Source: Styela clava
Lineage: Eukaryota
Direction: 5' to 3'
Assembly (NCBI RefSeq): GCF_964204865.1
Contig: NC_135263.1
Location: 13,206,001-13,270,000 of the forward strand
DNA length: 64,000 nt
The notes under the pieces were generated by a model. That model worked only from the letters and a program-made list of their open reading frames with translations. It ran no database searches and was not told the origin of the DNA. A program made the translations under genes and the position numbers. Shown here piece by piece: positions 1 through 12,300 of the stretch (its first letter is position 1; the number at the start of each line of letters is the position of its first letter).

Positions 1-2608
1 GAAAGACACCCACTATCAAACTGGTAACGCATTATACTGCTTATATATTGAAAGCCCCACAAACGCTTCGTATCTCCACTTGAGTTGAATGCCAGATACT
101 AACTAACATGTTGGCAGTGAAGTTTATATATCTCCCATGTATAGTTCAGAATCTGAATATAATGGATAGTCAAATTTGACACCATTTGTGATTATTGAAC
201 ATCGCACGACATATTGGTGTTAAACATCGTTTACGCTGATTTTCAACTTCAAAGGCGACTCAAATTTCCAATAATATGGGTAATATTTTCGACATATGGA
301 ATTTATTTACGTTATTGGTTCCTTGGGGCATTACACTGACAAAGTGCATATGCAAGATGCATGAATATTTCATGTTTTCGCAAATAATCGACAGGCCAAT
401 ATCCATTTCCGAATGGGATGCGTATGTCCGGGTCGACATTGCGGTCACACTAAAGTAATTGAATACGGCTTACTTATTTATGAATTTTAAGGTGCTTCCT
501 CATCAGAATAACATACTTTTCTTTTATAATATCTACGATACAAGCTATAGGTCAATGAAAATTTTCGACTGGGGTCAACTGACAATCACACAGTAAAAGA
601 TAGGACGATGGGCAAATGAAACTCTGGATATTGTCGAGTTTGGATCACATTTGGCATAAGAAATGTAGTAAAAAAGTATGGTACTAAAAAAAATCATGCC
701 AACGCTCACAAGCGATTATGCATGTTATTGATATGATCTATAGTGTGACGACGGAATAATTTCATTGGTATAAACTTTTTCTACCTTGTCCTAATCATTA
801 CTATCAATATTATATAACAATGGCATCATTTCTCAGTATTCGACAATCTGAATGTCTTGGAATCGTGTATAATTCCTTTACGTTGTCCCATAAGACCACA
901 CCCAGGCGTTGAGAGAACACTCGGGCATATTATCAGCACCAACTCCATTCAAAATATAGGATGGTGTAATTTATCGTCGAACTTTGCGAGTATTGCGTAA
1001 TTTGCGTTCTAAAACTTTAACAGATGTGGTCGCCCATCTGAGAAATGGCCAACAAAAACAAAATAGGCGACAAGAAGTTTCCTTGTGATATGCACGAATA
1101 TCTGATTTTAAAATGGACTAAGTCGTTGGAGAATTAAACCGGACCAGTGACCATCTGGAGATGTCATTTCGGTATCCACAACATAAGCTAGCACGACATA
1201 TCTTTTGAAAATTTCCGCCTCAGTTAACCAGTATATGTTTGATTTTTGATGGTGGACGCTCGGCCAGATATAGGATAAGATTATCCAAATGACCAATATA
1301 TGAGACAGGGGCTTAAGAATGACAGATCATATGATAAAATACATTATTTGTACATTTGACTCACGAAAAGACTGGACGACACGATGACCAACGAATTGAA
1401 TATGTTCATATCTGTCTATGAATAGTCCGAGGGTTTAAAATGTTTGAATTGGAATTACCATTTTCCGCAGAGTAATGTAGATGTCGGAATGTTTCATAAA
1501 ATATAAAACATCCTCTAATCCCAGTAAAATACGAAAACGATATGGAATTTCTATCAAAATGTGTTTCAGATAGCCGACATGACTAAAATTTTTGTAAGCA
1601 AACAATAATGACTAGGATATTCTGCAGAATAAATTCTCAACTCATAATTTTCTATGAATATGTATGTGCTTTTGAGTGAAAAAAAATAATGGGAGCACAG
1701 AATATTTTCGAGTGTGAATAAAACTCAAAATTCACGGATGCGGTATATTCTATGTAATACGTTTTGTGCTTTAACTTTATAAATAATTTATAACTTCCTT
1801 GAATAAATGCTCACAAAAATTGAATTGTAATAAAAAAAATAGGAACACTGCTTATCAAATTCCGGTCAGCTGATCGGAGACTTGTAAGGATCGTCCTTTT
1901 CGAGTAGGCCTGATATACACTCATACGCACTCGGAAGAACGCGCAATCTCTGTGCAAATATCGGATTGTAACGAACCAACTGGGAGAAAGTATGCTATTA
2001 CGATGGTCGTGAGAATTCAAAACTGGACATTCATTGTCCAAATCATTGACCAAGGGTGGGATATTAATAGACCACGTCATTGTGCGTAGTTTATCTTTGG
2101 GCAATACTTGTTGCTTTTTTGAAAAATGATATAAGCGAAATAATTGCCATTTGTTGCCAAATCGTTCATACTTGATCGAAATTGGAAAATACCGCGTTAC
2201 AAGGAAACGGCGAATCACCGATGTAAGAACTCTTGAAGTCATCGAAAGTAAATTTTACGTAAAGCACAAAATCAAATATTACGTATCATAGATTTAATCC
2301 ACCAACGCATAAATATGTCATAACATAGTAACAATGATACCTAACTATATAGTCAACCAATTTACCAACACAAAATACTTGTTGACGCCCACGCTCAAAA
2401 TATGTATTGAATAATGATATCGTGATTTTGTCGCGAGGTATGATAACTGCTAACGCATGAAAGCTACGATGATTGTACTTCGCTGCGTTTGCCACCCCCA
2501 ATATAATTTAACTTCTGTACTGAAAATTGAGCGATATTTTGTTATGACAAATCTGAATTAGTTTTATCAATATTCTTTTAATATATTCAGGTGGAAGTAG
2601 AAACTTAC

Positions 2609-2746
2609 ATGATATAGACAAAGTCACGTTCTGACTTCTTATTGTTCCGCCACCATTCTTTGCCTCACATTGGTAAACTCCTTCCGCCACGCTATTGCGG
2701 AGGTTGAATAAATGTATCTTGTTGTGCATGAATAAGATGTTTTTAG
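2609..2746 (-). CDS. Robo-like receptor exon, C-terminal half of Ig domain 1
   Basis: tttctttcgcag acceptor and GTAAGT donor, phase 1-1. Encodes AKNILFMHNKIHLFNLRNSVAEGVYQCEAKNGGGTIRSQNVTLSIS, with the Ig I-set EGVYxCxAxNxxG motif. Further exons were not identified in the window. Confidence 0.85.
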
Positions 2747-3325
2747 CTGCGAAAGAAAATAAATAGTCAACAAAAACAAAATAGGCGGCAAGAAACTTTC
2801 TTGTGGTAAGCACGAATAATATAAGATTTTAAAATGGACTAAATCGTTGGAGAACGGTAGTAAAAAGTGGATCCTTTTTTCTAACATTCTTTGGCTAGTA
2901 ATTGAAATTTCAATGAGAGGCATCTTGTTGTACAAGAATAATGTGTTTTTAGCTGCGAAAGAAAATAAATAGTCAACAAAAATAAAATAGGCGGCAAGAA
3001 ACTTCCTTGTGGTAGGCACGAATATACGATTTTAAAATGGACTAAATCGTCGGAGAACGGTAGTAAAAAGTGGATCTTTTTTCTAACATTCTTTGGCTAT
3101 AGTAATTGAAATTTCTATGAGAGGCATCTTGTTGTGCATGAATAAGGTGTTTTTAGCTGCGAAAAAAATAAATAGTCAACAAAAATAAAATAGGCGGCAA
3201 GAAACTTCCTTGTGGTAGACACGAATATCCGATTTTAAAATGGACTAAATCGTCGGAGAACTATAGTAGCAAGTGGATCCCTCAAAGATACTCACCTTTT
3301 TCTAACATTCTTTGACTAGTAATTG
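2716..3325. repeat. Tandem repeat, about 205-bp unit x3, overlapping the exon 2609-2746 splice acceptor
   Basis: Units start near 2716, 2921 and 3125 (…ATCTTGTTGT…TTTTAGCTGCGAAA…AAATAGGCGGCAAGAAAC…AAAATGGACTAAATCG…). A diverged partial copy lies at about 1048-1133. Confidence 0.9.
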
Positions 3326-4465
3326 CTTGTTAGTGGGCGGATCAATGCTTACATATCACTTAAAACGTGGAAGATGGCTGCAATGTCAACTTTACAAACT
3401 TTTCATCTTTTTCAGGGGTTTTCAAAAATTAAGTAGATTTAATTAGTACATCGCCAATGTCAACAGATCGCAAGAAATATTGCCAAACGGGGTCGACCCC
3501 AGAGCAAATAATAAAACTTTGACAGGCTGTATAACAAAGATAGTCGCGGCGGGAATTATTTACATGTGGTCCGTCCGGGTTGTAAATATTGAAAGATGGG
3601 GAAAACATGACACAGATTTTTCTTGAATAGGAATGGTATATAACTCAAGATTGGCAGTATATAATCTTCAGTCTAACCGTGCAAAATGGACAGAGTTATG
3701 GTATTCCAATGCGTGGCCTATACCTCGTGGAAGATTCTACTTTTGACAAGGGACAATGATGTAATGCATAATCGCGTCGACGATAAAAAATGACGGGAAC
3801 GTCGCGTTTGTTTGCACTTGTGGTTTGTGTGAAATAAAATATGGCGAATTCGGCCGCAAATTTCGAAACAGATGAAATGAGATTTTTGAGACCAAGCGTA
3901 TATTAAACCAATCGGGTTTGGACAAAGATGAATCGCGTCTCCTGGGTGTTATTTGCCACTGGTCCATGTATATAAGGTCCCTAATCCTCCAGCAATTTGC
4001 CAATTGTAAAAAACTCCATAATCGCGCCAAGATCGTATATCTGTAGACAGAATTTTACCGCCAGAATCGTAAAATAGTCACTGATTAATTCTATTTCAAT
4101 ATTAATAATTTCACGTGAATAATGATATCCATCGTAGAATTAATATTATGATCTCACACCCCACGGCCTACACCCATCGTACGAAGAAAAATTAGCGGGT
4201 CTTACGATCTTCAAAATAGCGCAGTTTTCAAAAGTCAAAAGTCCGCAGTTTTAGTTATCCCAAGAATGATTTGGTGCAAGCGTTAGACACAATTTGAAAC
4301 TGGTAAAAAAAATAATTCCCAATGTTGAGTCATTCTGGTGGATGTACGCGGACGACATGCTGGCGCTGAAACTGGATAGTAAAGCGCGGCCGAAAATCGT
4401 AAAACGAACCTCGGAATTTTTATGCTCATATGCTTATATTTTTCTAAAGACAAAACCCAGCTTAC

Positions 4466-4678
4466 CGTTCTTTCGAAGTAAGTGACCATCCTTGTACCAA
4501 GATATCTGCGGCGTTGGATAGCCTTCAGCTCGACAGTATAGATCAGCAGTACCACCACGTTTGGCAATTTGATTAGTGGGCTCTTCGATCAAAACAGGCG
4601 GGATGGATCTATCTTGAGATTTCCGTCCTGGATCGGCGATTGGACTGGGGCCAGGTGCTGCTTCGGGTTCTGCCCCTA
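4466..4678 (-). CDS. Robo-like receptor exon, N-terminal half of Ig domain 1
   Basis: ttttacag acceptor and GTAAG donor, phase 1-1. Encodes GAEPEAAPGPSPIADPGRKSQDRSIPPVLIEEPTNQIAKRGGTADLYCRAEGYPTPQISWYKDGHLLRKN, which resembles Robo Ig1 (PPRIVEHP…LNCKAEGRPTPTIEWYK). Confidence 0.85.
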
Positions 4679-7600
4679 CTGTAAAAAGAAATGGATAAAT
4701 GTTACTAACATTTTGGTGTATATTTAAATATATATATCGAAAGAGTCTTTATCACCAACATGTCGTACGATGAAAATACTCCAAGTGATAAATAAATTAC
4801 TATTTTTTTGTTTGATTAATTTCAGCAAAGATCTCTACAATTCAAACGCCGTTATCCTGAGACAACAACTTCAATAAAAATTGTTAGAGATAGTCCCAAT
4901 TATGTAATTTCCAAATCACGAAAAATGTCGTACATTTTGCCACATAAAAGCGGCCAAAATAGTTTAAATTACTGTGAACTAAGAACATGAAAAAACAGTG
5001 ACAAATCCGATTTTATCTTAAAGAGGATTTCAATTTAAACGCTCCAATTTAGTTTTTCAAGTCGCTTTATATTATCAAGTTAACAATTGGGAAAATTCCC
5101 ACAAAATTTGGATTTCGGTCAGTACGTTTGTACTGTATACTGTGAAGTGAATTCTGAAATATTATTGGATTAAACAAGCAATTCTGATTATATTTCATAT
5201 TTTATATTACTATTTTGATAATTATGAGATGCATATGATATTCTGTATATACGCATCTAGTGACCAAAATCACGTGGGTTTATTTTTTATAAAACTACAA
5301 TGAGATGACAGTAAAATTGATGTAGTTTTTTTAATAGTGAACAAAACGCGACAAAGAAAACTAAGTCGGTCACAGCTTTAAATTTTATATCATACTCTTT
5401 AGCCGTTACGGGAGATGGTTATCTTAAATTACGTTAAAATTGCTTTAGATTGAAGCCCGCGAAGCGGAAAATAAGCCTCCGTTGACCAATTCGCAAAGGA
5501 ATTTAAATAAAATATGTTTATGACGTCAGCGTGAATGACAAAAAATCAAACAAGGTTATAATATATGATGATGTACTGTGTTTGTCTGTAGATATTAAGT
5601 TATGACAATTTTAAGGCTAAAACTGTCGGAATTTCAATTTCCTCCATACTCTGACGAATGATGAGGTGTAAATTGAAGTAGTCAGCAAACAAATTGTCTG
5701 TTTTTCAACCAATTTTGCGCAGATAACGACACAGGGGAAATTTAGAAATTATTTTCCGATTCCGTGAGGCTTAGCAAAAGCCTAAATCGAAAAACTCATA
5801 AAATGAAACGTTTTTTGAAGTATATATGGAGAGCTAATCTTATTTATTCTTGTCATTAAAAATTCAGGTTGGGAATAATACATTTCTAAGCACCGTGCTA
5901 ATTTCGTGTGTTAAGATGTTCCCCAGCCCTAATCAATCAATTCAAAAAGATGGAAGTGTTCAATTATATTAAATGAAAGCAGGTAAACATATAATATTCA
6001 TAACTTTAAAATTTCAAAAATGCATTCTATCAATGCAAGATATTCGCGATTGACTGATAAAAGCAACATTTATCGTTCCCCAAATTCCTCGCCACATCAA
6101 TATACACTAGAGATACGATCTTTCGATGAGGGTTGCATGTTGGACAATATCACAATTACGTTCTGCAAGACTGAATTGAATAAAACGTAATGACTAAAAA
6201 TAAATTTTTGAGACGAGAGCCAATTTGCTTTTGACAGCAAAAAGTTTGCGGTACTGATGTTCAATCTGAGCCAAGTCAAATACCAATATACTCTCAAGAG
6301 AAACGAAAAATTACTTATGACAAAAACACATTCATGTTCATATACAAAGAAATTAGAATTTGAATATTTATATGAGGATCGCTATCAAACTAGAGCAGTC
6401 ACCATCAAAAAATATATAATATAATGTCGACACGAGTACATATATATGCCAGTGAGAATAGTTTGCCCCGTTATTAAAATATATTCAAATACGTATGTTT
6501 CCATACAGAGGAACACAACAAGGTAAAGATTCATTGAGAGGCGACCATAATATTATGGATTTTTGAAACTCGAATCAAACTGACAATATTGGATTTTCAA
6601 TATTACGTTTTCTCGTGGTTATCAAAATCAGTTGCACGAAAAACGGAACCCAAACTCAAACGTACAATGATCATTTATTTCGGCATTTCATACGCTCGGC
6701 GACGTATCAAAGAATTTTCTAATCCCTAACGTACCCGTAAGACGTCTGTGAAGCCTGCGGGAGACCGTAAACATGAAAAGATTCGAAACAAAAAATGGTC
6801 GCCACGCGAACAATACCAGCGTATGTCATCGCATTTAAATTATTTGTCATGATTCGTGCTAACTTGACTGCGGTACTAAAATAAAAAAGTAAATTAAACT
6901 TGCATTTTGAGGATAATTTTGCAGAGAATTAACGTAAAAGATACATATTTTGTTAAAAGTATCAATAAAAGTTTGAATCTGACATCACCTTGTCGTAATC
7001 TGGTCAAAGCATGATGACGCAAAATTATAAACGTGACTTAACAAAATATCACTTCATTGAGAACTTTCAGCGATATGGATTAGTAGGAATTAAACAGTAG
7101 AAATCGGCGTCACGATGTCATTTCTATATTTGTTGATATAAGATTAAATCGTCATCAACTACCAATGTACGGAGAAGAAGTTATTTGGACCGCTAACTCA
7201 CGACTGTGAAAATATTCAAAGAGATGAGAGCCTCACATCATGAGAACTTTTTCGCGTGACTATACCCCAAACAGTTTCTTGAATCTTGCGGTCACAACCA
7301 GGGATAGCAACAAAGGGATTTCAGGTATCAACATCCAAAAATGAATCTGATGAAACTTTGAATGATACCCATATCCCACCAAGTATGATAAAGTAATAAT
7401 AAACCAAATTTATATGCATTTCATGATAGATTGATCATGATAAAATTTTGAGTGGCATTGTGGAAGTCGGTGACGGGAAATAAACTTTTTGGCTGGTTCG
7501 CATCCGGAATGTCGCTAGAGCGTAAACAACGTGCGTCACGTGATGTAAGTGGGGCGCGTGGCGTCGCCGGCTTATCACAGGCTTAGTGAATCTACGCTTC

Positions 7601-8548
7601 GGCTATACGGTTTTTGGACACCGTGTGAATATTTCCACCGTCCATCCGCCGAAATTACCCATTTCATGCTGTTTTCTATTAGCAACAAAAAAATCTATTA
7701 TCACACGCCCACATTGTCGATACGTAATTTATAATTTGCCCCAAAATTAAGCGTCGAGGCACGTGAGTCATCGTTTCGTAGTTCTGATTCAAGGCTTATG
7801 AAAGCCGTCCTACTAAGATTGTGAATGCCCATGTTAGTAAACAGAATTAATGGGAACAGCATTACGTCATGTGCGATTAGATTGAAATGAACAGTTGCAA
7901 AAATACTCACAACATCACCAAAGACTCACAGAACCTATTTATCCACAGTGCGCGTTTGTTAAAATCCCTTTTGAAAATTTAGAGTCGATTTGTAAATAGT
8001 GTTTTTACATAATAATATTATTGCATTATGAAGTTTGGGATCGACAAAAAAATTCAAAAAGAGACCACTACCCCGCATTTTATACATACATCACATACAA
8101 ATCATGGGGTATGATTTAAAACAGAGAACGTTGTAATTTAATTAACTTCATTCATATCCATATAGCGCAACAAGAACTAAAATTTGAAATCAAAAAATGT
8201 CAGCAATCTAATGGGAACCTATCCTATACAGGCGCACCTGAAACAGCTTTCGTTGCTACGCCTCACTAACATTAGTAAGAAATTAATATTCGTTCAGTTG
8301 AACATTGTATGAAAGGTAACCGGCTTTAACAATGGATTAAAAGCATGTAACCCGTGTGAATATGTGGGTTACATGAATATGTATAATGCTACTTATACTT
8401 TTCAGTTCATAGCGAATGCAATAAAAAGTGTCGTAGTGGACAACACTTCAAAAAAGACCGAAAGTTCAAAACGAAATAGGATGTTGTTGTTATTCTGTTC
8501 TAGTTTGTATACCCCCATCACACTTTTAAAATCAACCGCGCTATTTAG

Positions 8549-8570
8549 ATATATATATATATATATATAT
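8549..8570. repeat. (AT)11 microsatellite
   Basis: Read directly from the sequence. Confidence 0.95.
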
Positions 8571-9302
8571 GTTCATACTAGGGAGCACATGTGGAAAACG
8601 CAAAATTTTTCCGCTTTACATTGTTAAAATTGATATTCTCTTCTAGCCAAATACAGAATGGCCGATTAGAAAAGTATTTCACGGTTTATTCTGCTTATCC
8701 GAACACGAGCATAGCAATTTGGCGCGGCTAATTAGGGGACTTAGTCACGGTGGACGCAAATTGCCGGTTAGTTATAGCCATTGTTTGCTTTTATCGAATC
8801 AAAATTTTTTATGAACTACCAAGTATAGCACGGACTCGAAGCAATCTTTCAAAACGCTGTTATCTGCGTTTTATGTTAGATTATATCGATAAAATATGAT
8901 TACGAACCCAGCGTGAAACAGCGCTTCTCTGAGGCCACAAGCGCGTGCCACGGTACAGATGTTCGCTTGTATTGTTTGGGGTATTGGTTTCCAATGACGC
9001 GGTCAATTATATTCCCACATAAAAATGGCTGATCAATCTTACTATGACAAGCGGATCACGATTGTTAGGACATTAGGTAAATAACCCATTCTCACTGCTG
9101 CTTCCAACCCAACGCAAATATAGTCTGTATTGTAACCATGACCTAAATATTTTTGATATTGCTGACTGGTTGATAGAATTGAAATCTGAATCTGATTTAT
9201 TTTTCACATGCACATGTCTGAAAGTGTGAACCAAAAAAACGAAACCGATAAAAGTGGTGATTTCTTGAGTATGTTCCAAATTATCTCAGTGATGTTTTTG
9301 TT

Positions 9303-9327
9303 GGGGGGGGGGGGGGGGGGGGGGGGG
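9303..9327 (+). repeat. G25 homopolymer
   Basis: Read directly. It is followed by a 17-bp tandem duplication, ATGGAATATGTTAAGAA x2 (9349-9382). Confidence 0.95.
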
Positions 9328-12300
9328 TCACTTTGAGACTTGAAAATTATGGAATATGTTAAGAAATGGAATATGTTAAGAAATTTGTACTTATAACTGG
9401 AAATTCCCGGTGATAATTTTTCTTCTCAAATTAACATCCCCTAACGAGTTTGATATTGGCACGAAGAGTTCCCAATAAAACTCTAAACAAGAAAACAAAA
9501 TCTCCGACCCTGGGTTAAAATATCTGTATTTCATCATATGACGAAATGAATACCGGTACTTCCGTTGGTATTCACTAACTAGTTACAGCGACTATAATTC
9601 TATTTAATATGATTTGAATCTTATATCAGGCTTTATAGACGTAGTTAATCATGGAATTTCGAGTTCAATAATCTCGCGTGACATCATCAAAAGCGACGGA
9701 ACTTATGAAGAAATACTGCGGTAATTTTTTCTATTTTTTAATGTAGCAGTCACGTTCACGTCGTGGCAACTACCAATTTCATTGTATATATTTATCGTCT
9801 GCTATCGGGATTTCGCATTTCATCGTTTTATATAACAAGACCCTGTCGAAGTAAATTACCGGTTTTGCGACACTTTTAATACAAATCACTGCGGCGAGGA
9901 TTGACTGGGCCGTAAAATGCCAGCTGGCGCCAGTTTTTCCCCTGGGCGGAGATCCAAATGAGAAATTGAAAACTAAACAAAGGTCCACAGTTTACTTGAC
10001 GGAATTGCCAGCAAACAAGGCAACCGTAATGTCAATTTTGTTAAAGTACCTTCGATAAAAAAATCATTAAGATCTATGTAAGGAATTAGTTTGTATTACT
10101 GATAAAACTTAATGGAAGAACGTCGGTGAAATCAACCCCATGCTTGAAGCTGTATTACCCTTAGTATAAAATCTTAATTCCTATTTGTCTCGATTTATTA
10201 ATTACTGCGTATGTAATCCTTGAACTGCAGACCACAACATTCCTCGTCAATTTCCACTTTGTCTGTTCAGCAAATACACAAATCAGCAAAATGTGGTGTC
10301 AAACTATTTAAATGTACATGATCATGATTTACAATCAATTTCGCAATGTCAGAAGAAAATATACCACATTTATTCCAACTTAATCGAAAATATTTGCCTA
10401 GTTGCGACATAGATGTAGAATGGTCGTATATACATTTTCTTTCGGGACAAATCCGACCAACTCAAGGCTCAGAATAAGAAAGGGTTAGGGATACTAAAAT
10501 TGCTGAAATATTGAAGATTATATCCTCAGTTGGATTCAGTATTTACGTTTATTCATATGGTTACTGTTTTGAGCCTCTTTTGTTTTTTTATACGAAAATT
10601 TACAAGATGGTGTTTTATGCATTATTCTGACAAATCCCTTTTTAATTGAGTACTCCAAAATTTTGAATTTTCATATAAAACGTTACATAAAATAAATTTT
10701 AAACCTGGTATAATTCTTCTGAATTTTTCGTTTATCGATTATCGACAAACAAGACAGAATATAATTAACATTTTTGACTTCTGGTCCGTTAATAAGGTCG
10801 GATAAACATCTTACACGACTTGCATGATACAAATCTCTTGTGTTGATGAAGCTTAAAATCGATCGAGTCCTAATGAAAGAAATTAGTCCCTGATCACATA
10901 TGCCCACGAACTGGCATTGATCTATTATACTGTGTTTTAAAAACTGAATCAAAGCTTGATTCATTCATGGTCATTGTATAGTGGAGAAAAAAATACATTT
11001 TGCCCTTTATGAATCTCAATTTATACCAGTCTTTCCCGACATATGGCGACATGGGTATTGAAAATTTTCCTCATGTATAATTCATTGTGAACGAACCCTT
11101 GTTGTCGGAATTGCATTACAAGGACAGAAAACACGACAAAAAGGCAGGATAATAACAGCGTTATCATGCATCGATTTTTTGATATTTTTCATAAAATGAA
11201 AAGAAAACGGGGGAATTTTTACTATACTGACACATCTGATGCAAAATCTCGAAATGAAATATATATTTTTTACGTTTGAATGTAAATTATGACTCAAGAG
11301 TTGATTACGAATAATATACCAGTACCCGATGGCATGTCTAGCTGGATTTATATACACAAAATATTAACTTTACAAAATGATAAATTTCATTCATAATTAT
11401 ACAAAACCGTTATTAATTTGTTATTTTGTTCAAATATCATGAAATAGCGCGTAACAGCATTGCAACAGATATTATATATTTATTCACATAACGAAAATCT
11501 TACTTTACAAAGTCGGCGTGAATGATAAAAGGTAAACTCGCGGGTGACAGTTCGAGTGGACGGCAACGTTCACAAGCGGAGATAAGCGCGTCCAGGAAAT
11601 GCTTGTTTGTTCGCATTTAGCACGGCCAATTATCAACCATACTTGAGGCATTTTATACACGTATTGTCCATCTTTGACCCCGAACATTGTACAAAATAAT
11701 CCCATACTGAGAACTGATCAAGACGAGCAAATATGGCCTGCTTTTGTTAGCGTTGGCTCTTATAGGCTATAGTTATGTTTCTTGTAACTTTGGTTATTAC
11801 CAATTTCTTCATAACCCAGGCGCTACGGAACCGGGTCTTACCGTAGAAGCTCTCGAAACGACAATTACAACAAAGTTAACCCGGGCCAGCCCAAACTTGT
11901 GCATTACGGCATGTAGTATATTGTATTTAGATCAAGGACTTACGGCGAAAAAACAACTCCATATGGCGATAGACCCAAGTGGATAAATTGCTTCGGTGGA
12001 ATGTGGGACTATGTGGTGTAATCTCTAAGCGACGACGAAAAACATACCACTTAAATAAAATTTAGATTGTATCAATCTTAGATTGGTATTCAGAACTCCG
12101 AGTCGCTGGAATGTTCTCATAAAATATTGAAAGCATTTATTGAATTGAAGTTTGATTTTTTATTTGCGTCGACGGCGAAACGAAAATGACGTATTTTGTG
12201 GAAAAGGAGAAAGACACGTAACAGAACGCTAGTGTTGTCTTCTAGTTTTATCATTCCGAAATTATGAATCGTCCATAACGTAATATTTGCCTTCATTCAA

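Noticed and set aside
1811-2242. 143-aa ORF as the next Ig exon
   Set aside because: No Ig motifs and no convincing splice sites.
2716-3325. Tandem array as a CRISPR-like or coding repeat
   Set aside because: Units are about 205 bp with no unique spacers, the context is eukaryotic, and ORF 2639-3019 is a by-product of the duplication.
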